The notes below the pieces were generated by a model. It searched no databases. It was not told the DNA's origin and saw only the letters and a program-made list of their open reading frames with translations. This document shows positions 63,700 through 64,000 of a stretch of DNA of 64,000 bases, one piece after another. The translations under genes and the position numbers were made by a program. Source of the DNA: Phoronis australis (taxonomy: Eukaryota > Animalia > Phoronida); NCBI GenBank assembly GCA_002633005.1, contig NMRA01000072.1, positions 671,957-735,956 on the forward strand, written 5' to 3'. The first letter of the stretch is position 1. The number at the start of each line of letters is the position of its first letter.

Positions 63700-63805
63700 C
63701 AATGTGCGTTTTAAGGTTTTAATATGGAACAGCAGTGACACCTGTTGCCAAAATATAAATCACACATCACTGCTGTTCCATATTAAAACCTTAAAACGCA
63801 CATTG
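63700..63805. repeat. Perfect 39-bp inverted repeat with 28-nt spacer
   Basis: 63700-63738 is the exact reverse complement of 63767-63805. Confidence 0.95.
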
Positions 63806-64000
63806 CAAGGCATGAAGTGAGCGCAAACTCAAATTAAATGGGCATATTCTTGAGGCACAACACTGTAATAAAGTAATGACATTTATTTCGCTTTTGATAT
63901 TTTTAAAAATAGATGAAAATCATGAAGTTACAGTTCTGAAACATCAGTATGGAGTCGCACTAAGGTTTGAACCCTACATCTACATACAGTAATGCCCTGT

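Overview
This is AT-rich, repeat-dense animal genomic DNA from a draft assembly, with gaps at 6714, 21123, 27783-27807 and 30762. The host is probably a marine lophotrochozoan such as a mollusc (inference). Almost all ORF-track entries are spurious, and the real genes are spliced. (1) The 3' end of a DNA2 helicase/nuclease gene lies on + (exons 17447-17533, 18471-18645, 20865-20957, 22119-22298; the motif IV-V exon(s) are missing, probably in the gap at 21123). (2) Antisense inside the >17 kb upstream DNA2 intron is a two-exon secreted SUEL/rhamnose-binding lectin gene (11493-11410 + 9085-8780). Exon 1 of a tandem paralog lies at 156-73. The lectin domain resembles the cnidarian nematogalectin type but has no collagen repeat. 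(3) A five-exon, 297-aa secreted PAN/apple + uncharacterised-domain gene lies on + (40136-55516). The rest is nested transposable elements: Helentron/DINE-1-like elements with phased CTCF-like motifs, Kolobok derivatives with THAP/KolX remnants, self-inserted Mutator-like MITEs, pogo/Tc1, Harbinger and hAT-like MITEs, a Gypsy integrase + LTR remnant, LINE fragments and ultra-short palindromic insertions. I found no CRISPR array, rRNA or credible functional tRNA.
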